From positions 43,710,001 through 43,774,000 of the forward strand of contig OX597828.1 in NCBI GenBank assembly GCA_951406725.2: DNA of 64,000 nucleotides, read 5' to 3'. Positions within the stretch are counted from its first letter, which is position 1; every line of letters starts with the position of its first letter. A program made the translations under genes and the position numbers. The DNA comes from Octopus vulgaris (taxonomy: Eukaryota). The notes below the pieces were generated by a model. That model had not been told where the DNA came from and did not search any database. It saw only the letters and a program-made list of their open reading frames with translations. Of the stretch, positions 63,031 through 64,000 are shown in pieces.

Positions 63031-63746
63031 ATGTATATATGAATTTATGTAAGTGTGTATGCATGTGTGTATGTACGTATCCTCTTCTAAGAACACATTT
63101 ACCTTAATGGCCTCGTACGGGTGCAGCTCTTATTTGACAGATGCTATTCTTTGTTTCCTCTCATGGTATCTTATTTTATTTTCTGCCTTTTATTTCCTCC
63201 TCCTTTATTGCTCATGGTTTCTAGTTACTGTTCTTCGTCGGAGTGTAATATTACCATATTTGTTTCTTTTTAATTTGTTTTGCTTTGTTGGTTTTTTTTA
63301 GTTCAGTTCTAACAAAGAATGAACAAGAAGGCATGAGGTTATCTAGAAATACGTGCAAAATTTCTGCTTGTAGAGTTATCTCTCTTTTTACTGTTTCTCG
63401 GTTTCGCTCTTGTGAGATACGATTGTATTTCAACTTCCGCTCGGTATTACGGTGTGATTTCTCATTCACATTGTATCTTAACAAGGAAGAAAGAAAAAAT
63501 AAAGGGAAATATTTACAGATAAGAAACAAGATTACTGATAAAAAAAATAGGAAGCTATAAATTATACAGCTGAATGGTCATCGTGGTCGCCGTCATCGTC
63601 GTTGTCGTAGTTGCTGCTGACTGTGAATTCGCCTTGGTCATCCTTGGTTTAGTTATTCTAGCGTAAAAAAATAAAAACTGCCACTCTGTCCATTTCGATG
63701 ACAAGTGTTCCAGTTGATCCAATCATCGGTACAGCCAATTCGTAAT

Positions 63747-63749
<3 letters not shown>

Positions 63750-63782
<33 letters not shown>

Positions 63783-64000
63783 TGTGTACAGTGCTCAGGT
63801 GCACTACAACTCATCTAAAGTGTATATATAATCAGGTGTAGTTTCGGCGGATTTCGGAAAGCATGAGGGCCTTAAAGGATGCAGTGTCATGGCAGTCAAC
63901 AACTGACGCAGGCAGTTTATTCCATGCTTCAGCAACTCTGAGCGTGAAAAAATGTTTCCGAAAGTCGTGGGAGCTGTGTTGTTTTCTGACTTTGTAGGCA
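63750..64000 (-). mobile_element. CR1-type LINE 3' end (ORF2 C-terminus, stop at 63832-63834), runs off the window
   Basis: Minus frame AYKVRKQHSSHDFRKHFFTLRVAEAWNKLPASVVDCHDTASFKALMLSEIRRNYT* (FF..RV...WN.LP..VV motif), short UTR, (TTA)n tail. Confidence 0.9.

Overview
This 64 kb window is AT-rich eukaryotic non-coding DNA (intronic or intergenic) with a 100-N gap at 34380-34479. It is dense in (TA)n, (CA)n, (TAA)n, (TAG)n, (CAT)n and (TATC)n microsatellites. The repeat families resemble those of octopus/cephalopod genomes (inference from recall, not searched). I can support no host protein-coding gene: nearly all ORFs in the track are translated microsatellites. The real content is transposon-derived: about 30 copies of one tRNA-derived SINE (family A), about 10 of a CORE-type SINE (family B), other tRNA SINEs, three mariner relics, a non-autonomous Helitron with canonical ends, two hAT-like MITE relics, two CR1-type LINE 3' ends, R4/Dong-type LINE fragments in (TAA)n, and a frameshifted zinc-knuckle LINE ORF1. 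The most interesting element is a three-copy SINE (family C). It joins a tRNA-like Pol III head and an internal microsatellite to a Penelope-type minimal hammerhead ribozyme, and one copy has a Penelope-like inverted 5' duplication. A second, unrelated hammerhead-like motif and several fold-back duplications in (TA)n tracts point to wider Penelope-like activity. Coordinates of degenerate repeats are approximate and were read by eye.
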